In this document: positions 9,467 through 19,091 of the stretch, one piece after another
Numbering within the stretch: the first letter of the stretch is position 1
Layout of the letters: every line of letters begins with the position of its first letter
Origin: Hyphomicrobiales bacterium
Lineage (GTDB): Bacteria; Pseudomonadota; Alphaproteobacteria; Rhizobiales; Hyphomicrobiaceae
Reading direction: 5' to 3'
Assembly: GCA_038329675.1 (NCBI GenBank)
Contig: JBBQNE010000001.1
Span: 1-61,376, forward strand
DNA: 61,376 nucleotides
The notes under the pieces: generated by a model
The model's database searches: none
Told to the model about the DNA's origin: nothing
The model's input: the letters and a program-made list of their open reading frames with translations, nothing else
Translations under genes and position numbers: made by a program

Positions 9467-10120
9467 TCACCCCGCGATGTCCCGCCAATGAAGGGCAAAC
9501 GCATCGGCTGCGCGTCCTGGCATAGTCGCAAGTATTCCATCGATTTGGGCCACCGTGTCTTCAACCGGCCCCGACGTATCCACGATGAAGTCGGCACGCG
9601 CCCGTTTTTCAGCATCGGGCAACTGACGGGCAACGATTGCTGCAAACTTAGCCTCTGTCATACCGGTTCGAGCAAGGACCCGGTGGCGCTGGGTAGCCGC
9701 ATCGGTCGAGACGACGATGGTTGCATCGACGAGCCGGTCAGCGCCCGTTTCAAATAACAGTGGTATCTCAAGGACTGCCACCGCCTCTCTACGGCGGGCA
9801 AGCTCTTGCAACAACTCGCGCTCGAGCTGGCGAACCGCTGGATGGACGATGGCCTCCAGCCGCTTAAATTTCGCAGCATCCTGCCCCAACGCTCCAGCGA
9901 GCCTCGCGCGGTCAACGACGGTTGTGCCCGTCTGATCCGGCGCGGGACCGTCGCGCGTCGTGCCTGGGAATGCGGCTTCGATTTCTAAAGCCAACGGACC
10001 GGCGTACAGGCTGTGAACCAACGCATCGGCATCAATAATGGGAATGCGCCGAGACCGAAGGTGCTGCGCGGCCGTCGATTTTCCCATGCCAATCGATCCG
10101 GTCAGGCCGAGAATTATCAT
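9467..10120 (-). CDS. coaE: dephospho-CoA kinase
   Basis: MIILGLTGSIGMGKST P-loop, with IDADALVH. Confidence 0.9.
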   Translation of the reverse strand: MIILGLTGSIGMGKSTAAQHLRSRRIPIIDADALVHSLYAGPLALEIEAAFPGTTRDGPAPDQTGTTVVDRARLAGALGQDAAKFKRLEAIVHPAVRQLERELLQELARRREAVAVLEIPLLFETGADRLVDATIVVSTDAATQRHRVLARTGMTEAKFAAIVARQLPDAEKRARADFIVDTSGPVEDTVAQIDGILATMPGRAADAFALHWRDIAG

Positions 10121-10977
10121 GGTCTCAAGCCATTGATATCGGAGACCACGAGTGCGCGAAGTTCGGGCGTCACCTCGGGCCGTACACCAAACCAGCGCTC
10201 AAACCCCGGGACGGCCTGATGCAATAGCATCCCCAGGCCATCCACCGTCCGCAGCCCATAGCGCCGCGCCGCGCTCAAAAACGCCGTATCAAGCGGCGTA
10301 TAGACGATGTCGGAAACGACGGTTGCGGCATGGAACGCAGCAAAGTCGATCCCGATATCCCCCCGGCAATTGAGCCCGAGCGACGTCGTGTTGACGATGA
10401 CCGAAGCATCTTGCGATTGGCGACCGCGCTCGGCCCAGTCAAAGACAACGATCTTAGAACTAGCGGATGCACCCCCAGATGAGCCAAAGGCAGCCGCAAC
10501 GTCATCGGCCCGCTCGCGCGAACGATTGAACAGGCGGACTTGCCCCACACCCGCTTGAAGGAAGCCATAGATGATGGCGCGCGCTGCGCCACCCGCCCCC
10601 AACACCGACACAGGCGCATCTCGCGTATCCCAGCCCGGTGCCGATTGCCCCAGATGCGTCATGTAGCCGTAAGTGTCTGTATTGGCCGCATAAAGCTTAC
10701 AACCCTCGAGCCATAGCGTGTTCGCAGCCCCGGTTGCCGCAGCCGTGGGGTCGCGCTCTCGCGCTAAACGAAACGCGATTTCTTTATGCGGCACCGTGAC
10801 GTTGCAGCCATCAAAGCCCTGGCCGGCCAAGCCGGTCAGAAACGACGCGGCATCCTCCGGACGCACAGCAACTTTTGAATATGACCCAGCGATCCCATAG
10901 GTCTTCAGCCAATGATCATGAATGATGGGCGATCGTGAATGGCCGATCGGCCAGCCGATCACACAGGCCTGTTTCAT
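10117..10977 (-). CDS. aroE: shikimate dehydrogenase
   Basis: VIGWPIGHSRSPIIHDHW, CNVTVPHKE, and the NAD(P) site VLGAGGAARA. Its start overlaps the coaE stop (4-nt overlap). Confidence 0.85.
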   Translation of the reverse strand: MKQACVIGWPIGHSRSPIIHDHWLKTYGIAGSYSKVAVRPEDAASFLTGLAGQGFDGCNVTVPHKEIAFRLARERDPTAAATGAANTLWLEGCKLYAANTDTYGYMTHLGQSAPGWDTRDAPVSVLGAGGAARAIIYGFLQAGVGQVRLFNRSRERADDVAAAFGSSGGASASSKIVVFDWAERGRQSQDASVIVNTTSLGLNCRGDIGIDFAAFHAATVVSDIVYTPLDTAFLSAARRYGLRTVDGLGMLLHQAVPGFERWFGVRPEVTPELRALVVSDINGLRP

Positions 10978-11645
10978 TGCGCCAACGCTCCGCGCAACCG
11001 AAGTTGGGCTAACAACGGCAGGAGCGGCATCCCGAGGATCGTGAAGTAATCGCCTTCGATGCGATCGAACAATTGGACACCGGTGTGTTCAAGTTCATAG
11101 GCGCCCACCGAACGAAGCGGCGCGTCACCGGCCCCATCAAGATAACTATCAAGGAATGCGTCGGAAAAATCCCGCATGGTCAGTCGCGCGCTATCAACCA
11201 AACCCCACACGGCTTCACCATCTTCGGCGATCACGACGGCTGCATGTAAGTCGTGGGTGCGCCCGCGAAACCGATCGAGGTGATCGCGCGCCTCAGCACG
11301 GTCGGCAGCCTTCTGGAACATACGGGTACCCAGGGCCAAAACCTGATCGGCTCCGATCACTAGCGCACCGGGATGGAGTGCGCTGACGGCCTGCGCCTTG
11401 GCTCGGGCCAGCACGCCAGCAACCATATCGGGCTCAATGCAATCGCTTTCAGCCAACAGGCTTGCACGAATTTCGTCTTCATCGACGGTCGCTGGAATAA
11501 CTTCGACCGATGCGAGACCAGCATTAATCAGCATCTGGTGGCGGACCCGGCTCGCCGAGGCGAGCACGATGCGCTTCGCGCCAGCACGTTCTTCAATTGA
11601 TGCACCAGCGCGTGTGCCCAACTGCACAGGATCAACCGGCGTCAT
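10974..11645 (-). CDS. maf: Maf-like nucleoside triphosphate pyrophosphatase
   Basis: IVLASASRVRHQML...ADQVL...GAYELE. ORF 10974..11699 trimmed to the ATG at 11645. Confidence 0.8.
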   Translation of the reverse strand: MTPVDPVQLGTRAGASIEERAGAKRIVLASASRVRHQMLINAGLASVEVIPATVDEDEIRASLLAESDCIEPDMVAGVLARAKAQAVSALHPGALVIGADQVLALGTRMFQKAADRAEARDHLDRFRGRTHDLHAAVVIAEDGEAVWGLVDSARLTMRDFSDAFLDSYLDGAGDAPLRSVGAYELEHTGVQLFDRIEGDYFTILGMPLLPLLAQLRLRGALAQ

Positions 11646-12480
11646 TGACGGCCATCCCTTGCTTACGGTCCTGAAAAAGTTGAATGATCGCAGCTGCACT
11701 TTCTTCGATTGAGCGCCGCGTTACATCAATGATGGGCCATTCGTGCTCAGCGCAAATGCGACGTGATTGAAGGATCTCAGCTGAGATTTGCTGGCGGTCG
11801 ACATAGTCGTCGAGGTCATGCTTGCCGAGATGCTCGGTACGGTTGCGACGGACTTCGGCGATCCGCTCGGCACTGGCAACAAGACAAGCGACGAATGCCG
11901 AATGCGGCTCAAACAACTTAGCTGGCAGCGGGACACCGGGCACAATCGGCACGTTCACGGTTTTGAAGCCGCGCTGCGCCAGATAAATCGAAGTTGGCGT
12001 TTTTGAAGTCCGAGAGATGCCAAGCAAGATGATATCAGCGTCATTGAGATTATCGGGCAAACGGCCATCGTCATACGACAGCGTGAAATTCATCGCATCG
12101 ATGCGCCGGAAATAGGCTGCATCAAGCACATGCTGGCCAGCAACGACAGGTGTATTTGGCATGCCGAGGTAATTTTCAAAAACCTGCATTATCGGCGCCA
12201 GCACATACAGACATGGCAGCATCAACTCGCGACAGCGTGCTTCAAGCGAAGCTGCAAGCTCCTTATTCACGACCGTATAGAGAACAATGCCGGGCGCCTG
12301 CTCAATTTCTTGGATGACGCGGGTCATTTGGCGCGCCGTTCTGACGAGCGGATGAACGTGCTCGATCGGGCGAACAGTGGCGTACTGCACGGCTGCCGCC
12401 TTGGCGATGATGGTCAACGTTTCGCCGGTTGAATCCGACACCAGATGGAGGTGAAAATAGCTCGGCAGCGGGTTGGCCAT
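11632..12480 (-). CDS. pyruvate, phosphate dikinase regulatory protein-like kinase/pyrophosphorylase (DUF299)
   Basis: FHLHLVSDSTGETL and ILLGISRTSKTPTSIYLA. ORF 11632..12720 trimmed to the ATG at 12480, giving 282 aa. Confidence 0.8.
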   Translation of the reverse strand: MANPLPSYFHLHLVSDSTGETLTIIAKAAAVQYATVRPIEHVHPLVRTARQMTRVIQEIEQAPGIVLYTVVNKELAASLEARCRELMLPCLYVLAPIMQVFENYLGMPNTPVVAGQHVLDAAYFRRIDAMNFTLSYDDGRLPDNLNDADIILLGISRTSKTPTSIYLAQRGFKTVNVPIVPGVPLPAKLFEPHSAFVACLVASAERIAEVRRNRTEHLGKHDLDDYVDRQQISAEILQSRRICAEHEWPIIDVTRRSIEESAAAIIQLFQDRKQGMAVNDAG

Positions 12481-12939
12481 CTGTGGATGAAATCCGAGGT
12501 TACACACATGGTCGGACGAGTGGCCACCGCAACCAACCCCGTGAGGTCCGTTACTCCACCGGTTTGCCAACATCAGCGCCAACGCGAACGAAAATGCCGC
12601 GACGCCCAGGCAAACCGCCGCCGCTGTTGGGTTGTGCTGAAGCCACCTACAGATGTCAACACACTGCCGACACGATGACCCCCTCATCCAATCCACCAAC
12701 CACCTGGAACCAAACATCATTTGGGAGCCTTGTGGTTCGCACGCAGCCCTGCCATGAGATGTCCAGCGGTCGCCAGCAGGAGGTCCACAAGGTCTGGATG
12801 ACTTTGGGATACGCGTGGGACAAAACCTTAATTACCAATATTCGCTCCCCTAAGAGTCACTTCAATAAAAGAGAAAAATCTGACCTTCTTTAAGTAAAGA
12901 GCAGGTCGAGCTTCCACGAACGAGGACAACGCACGACGC
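12481..12939. other. candidate chromosomal replication origin (oriC, Cori-like)
   Basis: 459-bp non-coding gap between hemE and the DUF299-maf-aroE-coaE-dnaQ block, the gene context described for the Caulobacter and Rickettsia origins. TGTGGATGA at 12482..12490 matches 8 of 9 positions of a DnaA box. TCCACA-type partial boxes lie near 12694 and 12783. An AT-rich stretch spans 12826..12900, with GAGTC at 12854..12858. Confidence 0.45.
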
Positions 12940-14016
12940 ATGGCCCATGCCCAACCCCTCGACACCGCACGGTCACCCGCAACGGGTTACCGGTTCTGCA
13001 AACCGCTCAACGGCGAAGCGATCAACCCGCCACCGGTTTGGCTGATGCGCCAAGCGGGCCGTTATCTGCCGGAATACCGCGCAACCCGTAAAGTCGCCGG
13101 CTCGTTCCTTGACCTGTGCTACAATCCAAAACTCGCCACGGAAGTGACGCTGCAGCCGATCCGCCGCTACGGCTTCGACGCCTCAATCCTGTTTTCCGAT
13201 ATCCTCGTCATCCCCCACGCGCTGGGCCAACCGGTGCGTTTTGAGGAAGGTGAGGGCCCCAAACTCGATCCCATCCGCGATGCTGCGGGTCTGTCGCGGC
13301 TTTCATTGACGAACCTGCATCAACACCTCGCGCCGGTTTATGAAACGGTCGCGCGATTGCGCCAGGACTTGCCCAAGGAAACCGCGTTGATCGGTTTTTG
13401 TGGCGCGCCATGGACGGTCGCAACCTACGTCGTTGGCGGCGAAGGATCGTCCGACCAGGCGCATGCCCGCACGTTCGCCTACCGCGATCCGATCGCGTTT
13501 CAGCAGCTAATGGACATTTTGGTCGAAGCCTCGATCGAATATCTGTCCCGCCAAGTTGCAGCTGGCGCGAACGTTCTGCAAATCTTCGATAGCTGGGCTG
13601 GCAGCCTGCCCGAAAACGAGTTCGCGCACTGGGTCATTGCGCCAACCAAACGGATCGTCACCGCGCTCAACGAACGCCATCCCGACGTGCCGGTGATCGG
13701 GTTCCCGCGCGGGGCAGCGCTCGGGCTCGTCACGCAGTTCGTGACCGAAACCGGCGTATCTGGCGTCAGCTGTGACACCTCGATGCCACTTGGCGATATG
13801 GCGGCACTCCAAAGCCACGGTGTGGCCGTTCAAGGCAACCTTGACCCGCTGCTGCTGGTGGCTGGCGGTGACGCGCTCGATCGCCGGGTCGACGAGATCA
13901 TTGAAAAGCTGTCGGGCAAGCCTTTCATCTTCAACCTCGGCCATGGAATCGTGCCACAAACGCCGCCTGAGCACGTCGAGCGGCTGATGGCGCGGATCCG
14001 GGGAGGCAAAACCTGA
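12940..14016 (+). CDS. hemE: uroporphyrinogen decarboxylase
   Basis: [17 protein letters not shown] and [16 protein letters not shown]. Confidence 0.9.
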   Translation: MAHAQPLDTARSPATGYRFCKPLNGEAINPPPVWLMRQAGRYLPEYRATRKVAGSFLDLCYNPKLATEVTLQPIRRYGFDASILFSDILVIPHALGQPVRFEEGEGPKLDPIRDAAGLSRLSLTNLHQHLAPVYETVARLRQDLPKETALIGFCGAPWTVATYVVGGEGSSDQAHARTFAYRDPIAFQQLMDILVEASIEYLSRQVAAGANVLQIFDSWAGSLPENEFAHWVIAPTKRIVTALNERHPDVPVIGFPRGAALGLVTQFVTETGVSGVSCDTSMPLGDMAALQSHGVAVQGNLDPLLLVAGGDALDRRVDEIIEKLSGKPFIFNLGHGIVPQTPPEHVERLMARIRGGKT

Positions 14017-14117
14017 AAGAGGTATCTCACGAACCCGCGCTGGCGGACGCAGGTCGCGCAGCCGTTGCCGAGAAGCGGCTCGGCGCACCCGGTCGGCGGG
14101 CGGCTGTTGCGCTCGCG

Positions 14118-14588
14118 GTGACCGTGGCAGCAGCCGTGCTGCTGATGGTGATCCTGGGCAGCGCCGCCTATTTATGGATCAAAGCCATCCATGTGATCGC
14201 TGTGATGGCGTGGATGGCTGGCATGCTCTACTTGCCGCGCCTGTTCGTCTACCACGCTGATGTTCCGATTGGTTCGCCGCAGTCGGAAACGTTCAAGATG
14301 ATGGAATACCGACTTTTGACGATCATCATGCACCCCGCCATGGTCGTATCGTGGGTGCTAGGCATCTGGCTGGTTTGGCAAGCAGGGTTCCACACGCAAG
14401 GGTGGATGTGGGCAAAGTTTGCAGCCGCGATCGCCATGAGCGGGGTCCATGGCTTCCTCTCAGCGTCCGTCCGTCGGTTCGCCCAAGATGCGAACGTCAA
14501 GCCCGCGCGCTACTGGCGCTTGATGAACGAAGTCCCGACCGTTTTAATGTTTGCGATCGTTATTCTGGTGATCGTCAAACCGTTTTGA
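14118..14588 (+). CDS. hemJ: protoporphyrinogen oxidase HemJ (UPF0093 membrane protein)
   Basis: LWIKAIHVIAVMAWMAGMLYLPRLFVYH, 4-5 TM helices, GTG start, and it follows hemE. Confidence 0.75.
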   Translation: MTVAAAVLLMVILGSAAYLWIKAIHVIAVMAWMAGMLYLPRLFVYHADVPIGSPQSETFKMMEYRLLTIIMHPAMVVSWVLGIWLVWQAGFHTQGWMWAKFAAAIAMSGVHGFLSASVRRFAQDANVKPARYWRLMNEVPTVLMFAIVILVIVKPF

Positions 14589-14644
14589 CTGGCTGCGTTG
14601 CGGGCTGCCATGGTCGATGACGCGCCACATCAATTCACCGTTCG

Positions 14645-14690
14645 CAATAAAAAACGGGCTGGCTTCCCAGGGGAAAGAAGCCAGCCCGCA
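14645..14690 (-). terminator. intrinsic terminator, canonical on the minus strand
   Basis: Perfect 12-bp stem cgggctggcttc/gaagccagcccg (14655..14666 and 14677..14688). On the minus strand it is followed by TTTTTTATT. There is no U-run on the plus strand. Confidence 0.65.
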
Positions 14691-14855
14691 TCAGCAGGAG
14701 AGAGATCGACAGTTGCTGCCAATCGGACCGGTCTCCCTCGAAACGCCCCGGGGGGCTGGGGGGCTGAGAGTTCCAGAGCTTCTCTTTGGAAGACCGGACC
14801 GATTGGCAACGTCCCATGGATCGCTTGGCATTAAGAACTTTTTTGGGCCGCGACT
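14645..14855 (-). ncRNA. candidate small RNA (unclassified)
   Basis: Lies in a 460-bp gap with no credible ORF. A sigma70-like TTGAGA-N16-TATTTG (14888..14861, minus strand) precedes a long hairpin with 18-nt arms (14717..14734 and 14791..14808, 1 mismatch) and a C-rich apical region, followed by the terminator at 14645..14690. Confidence 0.35.
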
Positions 14856-15049
14856 TGGCTCAAATACGGCTACGGGACTTTATCTCAAGAAACGTAAAGG
14901 AAGCACTCAGAACATCGTTAACTGAGTGAGCACACATCAATCGCCACGCAACCCGTCGTCAGGGCGATGTTATGGCTGGCCGTTGGCGCAAACACTTGAA
15001 AAGCGCGAGCGACGGGGCGATCATGAACGGATCGTGACAGGAGGCTCAC

Positions 15050-15499
15050 TTGAGCGACAGTGACCCGATATCGTTCCGGCGGCCCGCGTCCGCAACAAGC
15101 ACGGACCCAGGCCGTGGCACGCCCGTGATCGCAGACATGAGTGCAAACTCCAGCCGGTCTTCACCGCCGCCGACGGCAGCAACCCACCCCGGTCGTGAGC
15201 CGCCAATCGTGGTTTTTAACCGGCTCGAACTGAACGACATCTTCAATGTGTATGGGCGCCGCGTGGCGGCTGGCGAATGGCGTGATTATGCCATCGATTG
15301 GGGCCGGGAATCTGCGGTGTTTTCCGTGTTCCGCCGCGCGTCTGAAGTGCCGATCTACCGGGTGGTTAAGGCGCCAAAGCTTGCGCGGAAGCAGGGGGCC
15401 TACTCGATCGTGACGGCGTCCGGCCAAATTCTAAAACGCGGTCACGATTTGAAGCGGGTGCTGGAAGTGATTGATTGCCGATTGAGCGTGGTGAAGTGA
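15050..15499 (+). CDS. DUF2794 domain protein (conserved alphaproteobacterial hypothetical)
   Basis: YGRRVAAGEWRDYAIDW...AVFSVFRRASE.PIYRV.K.PKLARKQGAYSIV matches my recollection of DUF2794. TTG start with AGGAGG 5 nt upstream; an alternative ATG lies at 15137. Confidence 0.65.
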   Translation: MSDSDPISFRRPASATSTDPGRGTPVIADMSANSSRSSPPPTAATHPGREPPIVVFNRLELNDIFNVYGRRVAAGEWRDYAIDWGRESAVFSVFRRASEVPIYRVVKAPKLARKQGAYSIVTASGQILKRGHDLKRVLEVIDCRLSVVK

Positions 15500-15507
15500 G
15501 GCAAACG

Positions 15508-15538
15508 TAAAAGGCCCCGCGGTTTCCCGCGAGGCCCC
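15508..15538 (-). terminator. intrinsic terminator downstream of the BI-1 gene (possibly bidirectional)
   Basis: GC-rich hairpin ggccccgcgg/ccgcgaggcc, followed by a U-run on the minus strand (plus-strand aaaa at 15509..15512). Confidence 0.5.
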
Positions 15539-15560
15539 CGACCTGTGTTGAAATGGACCC

Positions 15561-16352
15561 TTACTCGTTGCTGCTGCCGGTCAGGTTCAACAGGTTGAGG
15601 AAGATGCCCAGGAAGTCCTGATACAATGCCAGGGCGCCAAAGATCGACGATTTAGCCATCGCTTCCCCATCACCCGACTGGGCGAGTTCGAAGTAGCCTT
15701 CCTTGATGCTCTGCGTGTCGTAGGCGGTGAAGCCGGCGAACACGAGAAGCGCAATGCAGCTAATGGCGAAACTGAGCGCTGGGAACGTCGTTTGGTAGAC
15801 CATCATCAGTCCCAGGTGGACGATCGATGCGATGATCACGCCGATCAGGCCCATAACGAGGAACGTACCCATGCCTGATAAATCGCGCTTCGTCGCATAG
15901 CCGTAGATCGATAAGCCAGCAAAAGCAGCCGCCGAGATAAAGAACGTCCGCGCGATCGTATTCACGTCGAAGCGGCCAAAGATGGTTGCAACTGACAATC
16001 CTACGAGGGCAGCGTAAACCCAAAACGTCAGCTGTGCGGTGGCGGCGCTCATCCGATGTGAGCGAACGCTCATGAAGATGATGACGGCGAGTGGCGCCAG
16101 CATGACGACCCACTTAAGCGGCGAACCGTAGATAGCCTGTCCAAGCGGGGTCAGGCCCATACGTCCGCCAGCGACCTGTTGGAATGACAACATGAACATA
16201 CCGTAGGCGACGACGCCAGTGAGCGCGACGCCCAGCGTCATATAGTTGTAGACGCCAAACATGTAGGAGCGCAGGCCCTGGTCGACAGCAACGCCAGAAC
16301 GGGTTGCCGAGCCGGACTGCACATAACGGGCGTTGTTGTTGTACTGTGACAT
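15561..16352 (-). CDS. Bax inhibitor-1/YccA family membrane protein
   Basis: DQGLRSYMFGVYNYMTLGVALTG, 7 TM helices, and a C-terminal FLNLLNL. Confidence 0.85.
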   Translation of the reverse strand: MSQYNNNARYVQSGSATRSGVAVDQGLRSYMFGVYNYMTLGVALTGVVAYGMFMLSFQQVAGGRMGLTPLGQAIYGSPLKWVVMLAPLAVIIFMSVRSHRMSAATAQLTFWVYAALVGLSVATIFGRFDVNTIARTFFISAAAFAGLSIYGYATKRDLSGMGTFLVMGLIGVIIASIVHLGLMMVYQTTFPALSFAISCIALLVFAGFTAYDTQSIKEGYFELAQSGDGEAMAKSSIFGALALYQDFLGIFLNLLNLTGSSNE

Positions 16353-16496
16353 TATTCGCAGGTTCCCTGTTTATGCGGTTTCTGACTTCCGCACCGCAGA
16401 TATGGGGCTGCCTCAGCTAAATTTCAAGAGATTGCTGAACGCGTTTTAAGCGTTGTCCGACCGACGATTTCATCACGCCTGTGCCGAACCAATTGA

Positions 16497-19091
16497 CTAT
16501 TCCGACTTTAAAAGCGGCACGGCCGGCGTTCGTAGCACAAGCGTCGTCGACAGCAGGCCAAGCAGCGCAACAAGGGCAACGGCAACCCCAAGCGCCTGGG
16601 CAACTGCCGTTAGCGAAAACACGAACGGAACATCCATGACCCTCAGTCCAATATAGGCCGCAAGCGAGCCCAGAACGATCGCAAACACCCCGGCAACGGT
16701 TGCAAGGATCGCGTATTCGCACATATGCGCCAACATAATCCGCCGGTTTGTGACGCCCAGCGCCTTGAGGATCACCGCCTCCTTCAGTCGCCGCCGCTGG
16801 GCCGTCGCCAACGCGCCAGCCAGAACGAGGGCTCCAGCGAGCAGCGTGACGCCGCCCGCGACACGAACAGCGATCAGAACCTTTTCCAGGATTTTGTTAA
16901 ATTGGGCAATCGCCTCCTTGACCCGCACCTGCGTCGTCGTAGGGAACGCCTTGCCAAGGTCGCGACCCAGCGCGGTTTCGCTCTCAAGCGACGCATTCTG
17001 CGGCAGCGTGACTGTCGCCAGCAACTTGTAGGGTGCCGCTTCAAGCGCGTTGGGTGAGAACACCAGCACGAAATTAAGGTTGAGGCTCTCCCATTTAATC
17101 TCGCGAAGGTTGGCGATCCGCGCAGTAAGATTACGCCCAAGCACGTTGACGGTCACCTCGTCACCCACGCCAAGCCCAAGCTTGCGCGCAAGGCCAGCCT
17201 CAAACGAGACGAGCGGCTCGCCGGTGTAGACTGCATCCCACCACGTCCCCTCAACGACCGTGGACCCGGGTGGGATAGCCGCTGAAAACGTCAAACCGCG
17301 GTCGCCATAGAGCACCCATTGCGCGTCGGGCGCTGTTTTAACGCTCTCAGCTGGAACGCCTTTCAGCGCCACGAGGCGGCCGCGCAACATGGGTGCCGTT
17401 TCAATCAACGCACCTGGCGCACGGTTTGCGATAAAGCTTTGAAGCGGCGCAGCTTCACCCTTTCCAATATCGAGCACGTAGTAGGTCGGCGAACGCTCGG
17501 GCAGACGACCCGATAGTTCTTCTTGCATACTGCGGTCGGTCAGTGCCACGGCCACGAGGAGTGAAAGCCCTAACCCGAGCGACAACAAAATCGCAGCCGA
17601 CAATCCGCCAGGTGCCGCGATTGACGACAGCGCAACCGCAAGCTCGGGCGAACGGGGCCGCGGCAACAAACGGACGAAGCGTGGCACGATCTGCCCAACC
17701 CCCCAGAACACCAGCAGCAGGATCGAAAGGCCGCCGTAAAACCCGAGCGCGATATCCCACCTGTCGGTGGTCAATATCGTGAATGCAACCAATGCGACTC
17801 CAACCGCCGCTGTCGCAGCAATAACCGGCGCGCGAGGCCACGTCCGGTCGCCTGAAACTTCGTCGCGGAACAGCACCGTCGGCGAGACACGTTCGGCCCG
17901 GCCGAGCGGCCAAAGCGCAAATAGAAGGGCAACAAGAAGCCCGTAAGCAATCGCGGTTGCGACACTGTTCCAAGTGACCGCGAACTCAGCTCGCACGGGG
18001 AGCGACGACCCGACGGCCGCATCGACCACGAATGGTACCATGTAGCCAAACGCCAAGCCGATTGCGACGCCAATGCCCGCAACGGCCAGAATTTGCGTCA
18101 GGAACATGCGGAAGACGAAATGTGGAGGCGCGCCCAGGCTCTTCATCGTCGCGATGACTTTACGCCGCTTGTCAACGAATGTTGATACGGCGTTAGCCAC
18201 TCCGACTCCGCCAACGATCAGTGACGTCAGGCCGATCAGCGTCAAAAACTGGCGCAATCGCTCGAGTGTTCGGGTCAGTTGCGGCGACGGTTCAAACCGG
18301 TCAGCCACCGTAAAGCCAGCGCCGGGCAAATCAGCGCGCAGTTGAGCCGCGATTTCCTTCAAGCTGTCGCGGCTCTGCGGGACGGAGGCGGGTAAATCGA
18401 CGGCATACCGCCAGCGGATCAACGTGCCAGGCTGGATCAAACCGGTCCGCTCAAGCGTTGCCATCGATACTAAAATGCGCGGCCCGAACGAGGCGCGGTC
18501 ACCGAGACCGTCGGGCTCAAACATCAACCGGGCGCGAATAACGATATCGCTGTCGCCGACTTTCAGCGTGTCGCCGACGTTGAGCGACAAGCGGTCGAGT
18601 AACGGGCCTTCGACCGCCGCCGCCATGGGCTGCGAAATCACGCTGGCAAGCGCGGCTGATGAATCAAGGGTCACGGCTCCCGCCAGCGGATAAAGCCCGT
18701 CGACGGCTTTCAGCTCAGCCAAAGTCTGGTCACTGCCGTCGAGACGCCGCGCCATTGACCGGAGTGTTGCGGATTCTGAAACGCGACCGAGTTTCCCCAA
18801 GGCTGCACGTTCGTCAGTCGTCGCGCGAGCATGTGGTCGCACGAACGCCAGATCACCGCCGAGGATCAGTTTGCCCTGCGTCGCAAGCCCGTTGCGCAAA
18901 GCGTCCGAGAGCGCACCAACGCCAGTAATGACCATCACGCCAAGCGCAATACAGCCAATGAATACGGCAAAGCCAGACAAGCCCGTGCGCAAGTCGCGCA
19001 GCGCCAGTGTCAGCCACAACGGCCAGCGTGACTGGGCAAGGGAACGAGCCGCTTCGGGCTCATAGCCCCGCGCAACATCAAGTGGGCTCAT
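16497..19091 (-). CDS. ABC transporter permease, double FtsX domain (YbbP-like)
   Basis: 864 aa with two FtsX-type 4-TM modules. Start overlaps the stop of the upstream ATPase gene (4-nt overlap). Confidence 0.8.
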   Translation of the reverse strand: MSPLDVARGYEPEAARSLAQSRWPLWLTLALRDLRTGLSGFAVFIGCIALGVMVITGVGALSDALRNGLATQGKLILGGDLAFVRPHARATTDERAALGKLGRVSESATLRSMARRLDGSDQTLAELKAVDGLYPLAGAVTLDSSAALASVISQPMAAAVEGPLLDRLSLNVGDTLKVGDSDIVIRARLMFEPDGLGDRASFGPRILVSMATLERTGLIQPGTLIRWRYAVDLPASVPQSRDSLKEIAAQLRADLPGAGFTVADRFEPSPQLTRTLERLRQFLTLIGLTSLIVGGVGVANAVSTFVDKRRKVIATMKSLGAPPHFVFRMFLTQILAVAGIGVAIGLAFGYMVPFVVDAAVGSSLPVRAEFAVTWNSVATAIAYGLLVALLFALWPLGRAERVSPTVLFRDEVSGDRTWPRAPVIAATAAVGVALVAFTILTTDRWDIALGFYGGLSILLLVFWGVGQIVPRFVRLLPRPRSPELAVALSSIAAPGGLSAAILLSLGLGLSLLVAVALTDRSMQEELSGRLPERSPTYYVLDIGKGEAAPLQSFIANRAPGALIETAPMLRGRLVALKGVPAESVKTAPDAQWVLYGDRGLTFSAAIPPGSTVVEGTWWDAVYTGEPLVSFEAGLARKLGLGVGDEVTVNVLGRNLTARIANLREIKWESLNLNFVLVFSPNALEAAPYKLLATVTLPQNASLESETALGRDLGKAFPTTTQVRVKEAIAQFNKILEKVLIAVRVAGGVTLLAGALVLAGALATAQRRRLKEAVILKALGVTNRRIMLAHMCEYAILATVAGVFAIVLGSLAAYIGLRVMDVPFVFSLTAVAQALGVAVALVALLGLLSTTLVLRTPAVPLLKSE

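Noticed and set aside
12826-12900. CtrA boxes (TTAA-N7-TTAA) in the putative origin.
   Set aside because: Only half-sites are present (TTAATTACCAATATT and TTAAGTAAAGA), and no full site was found.
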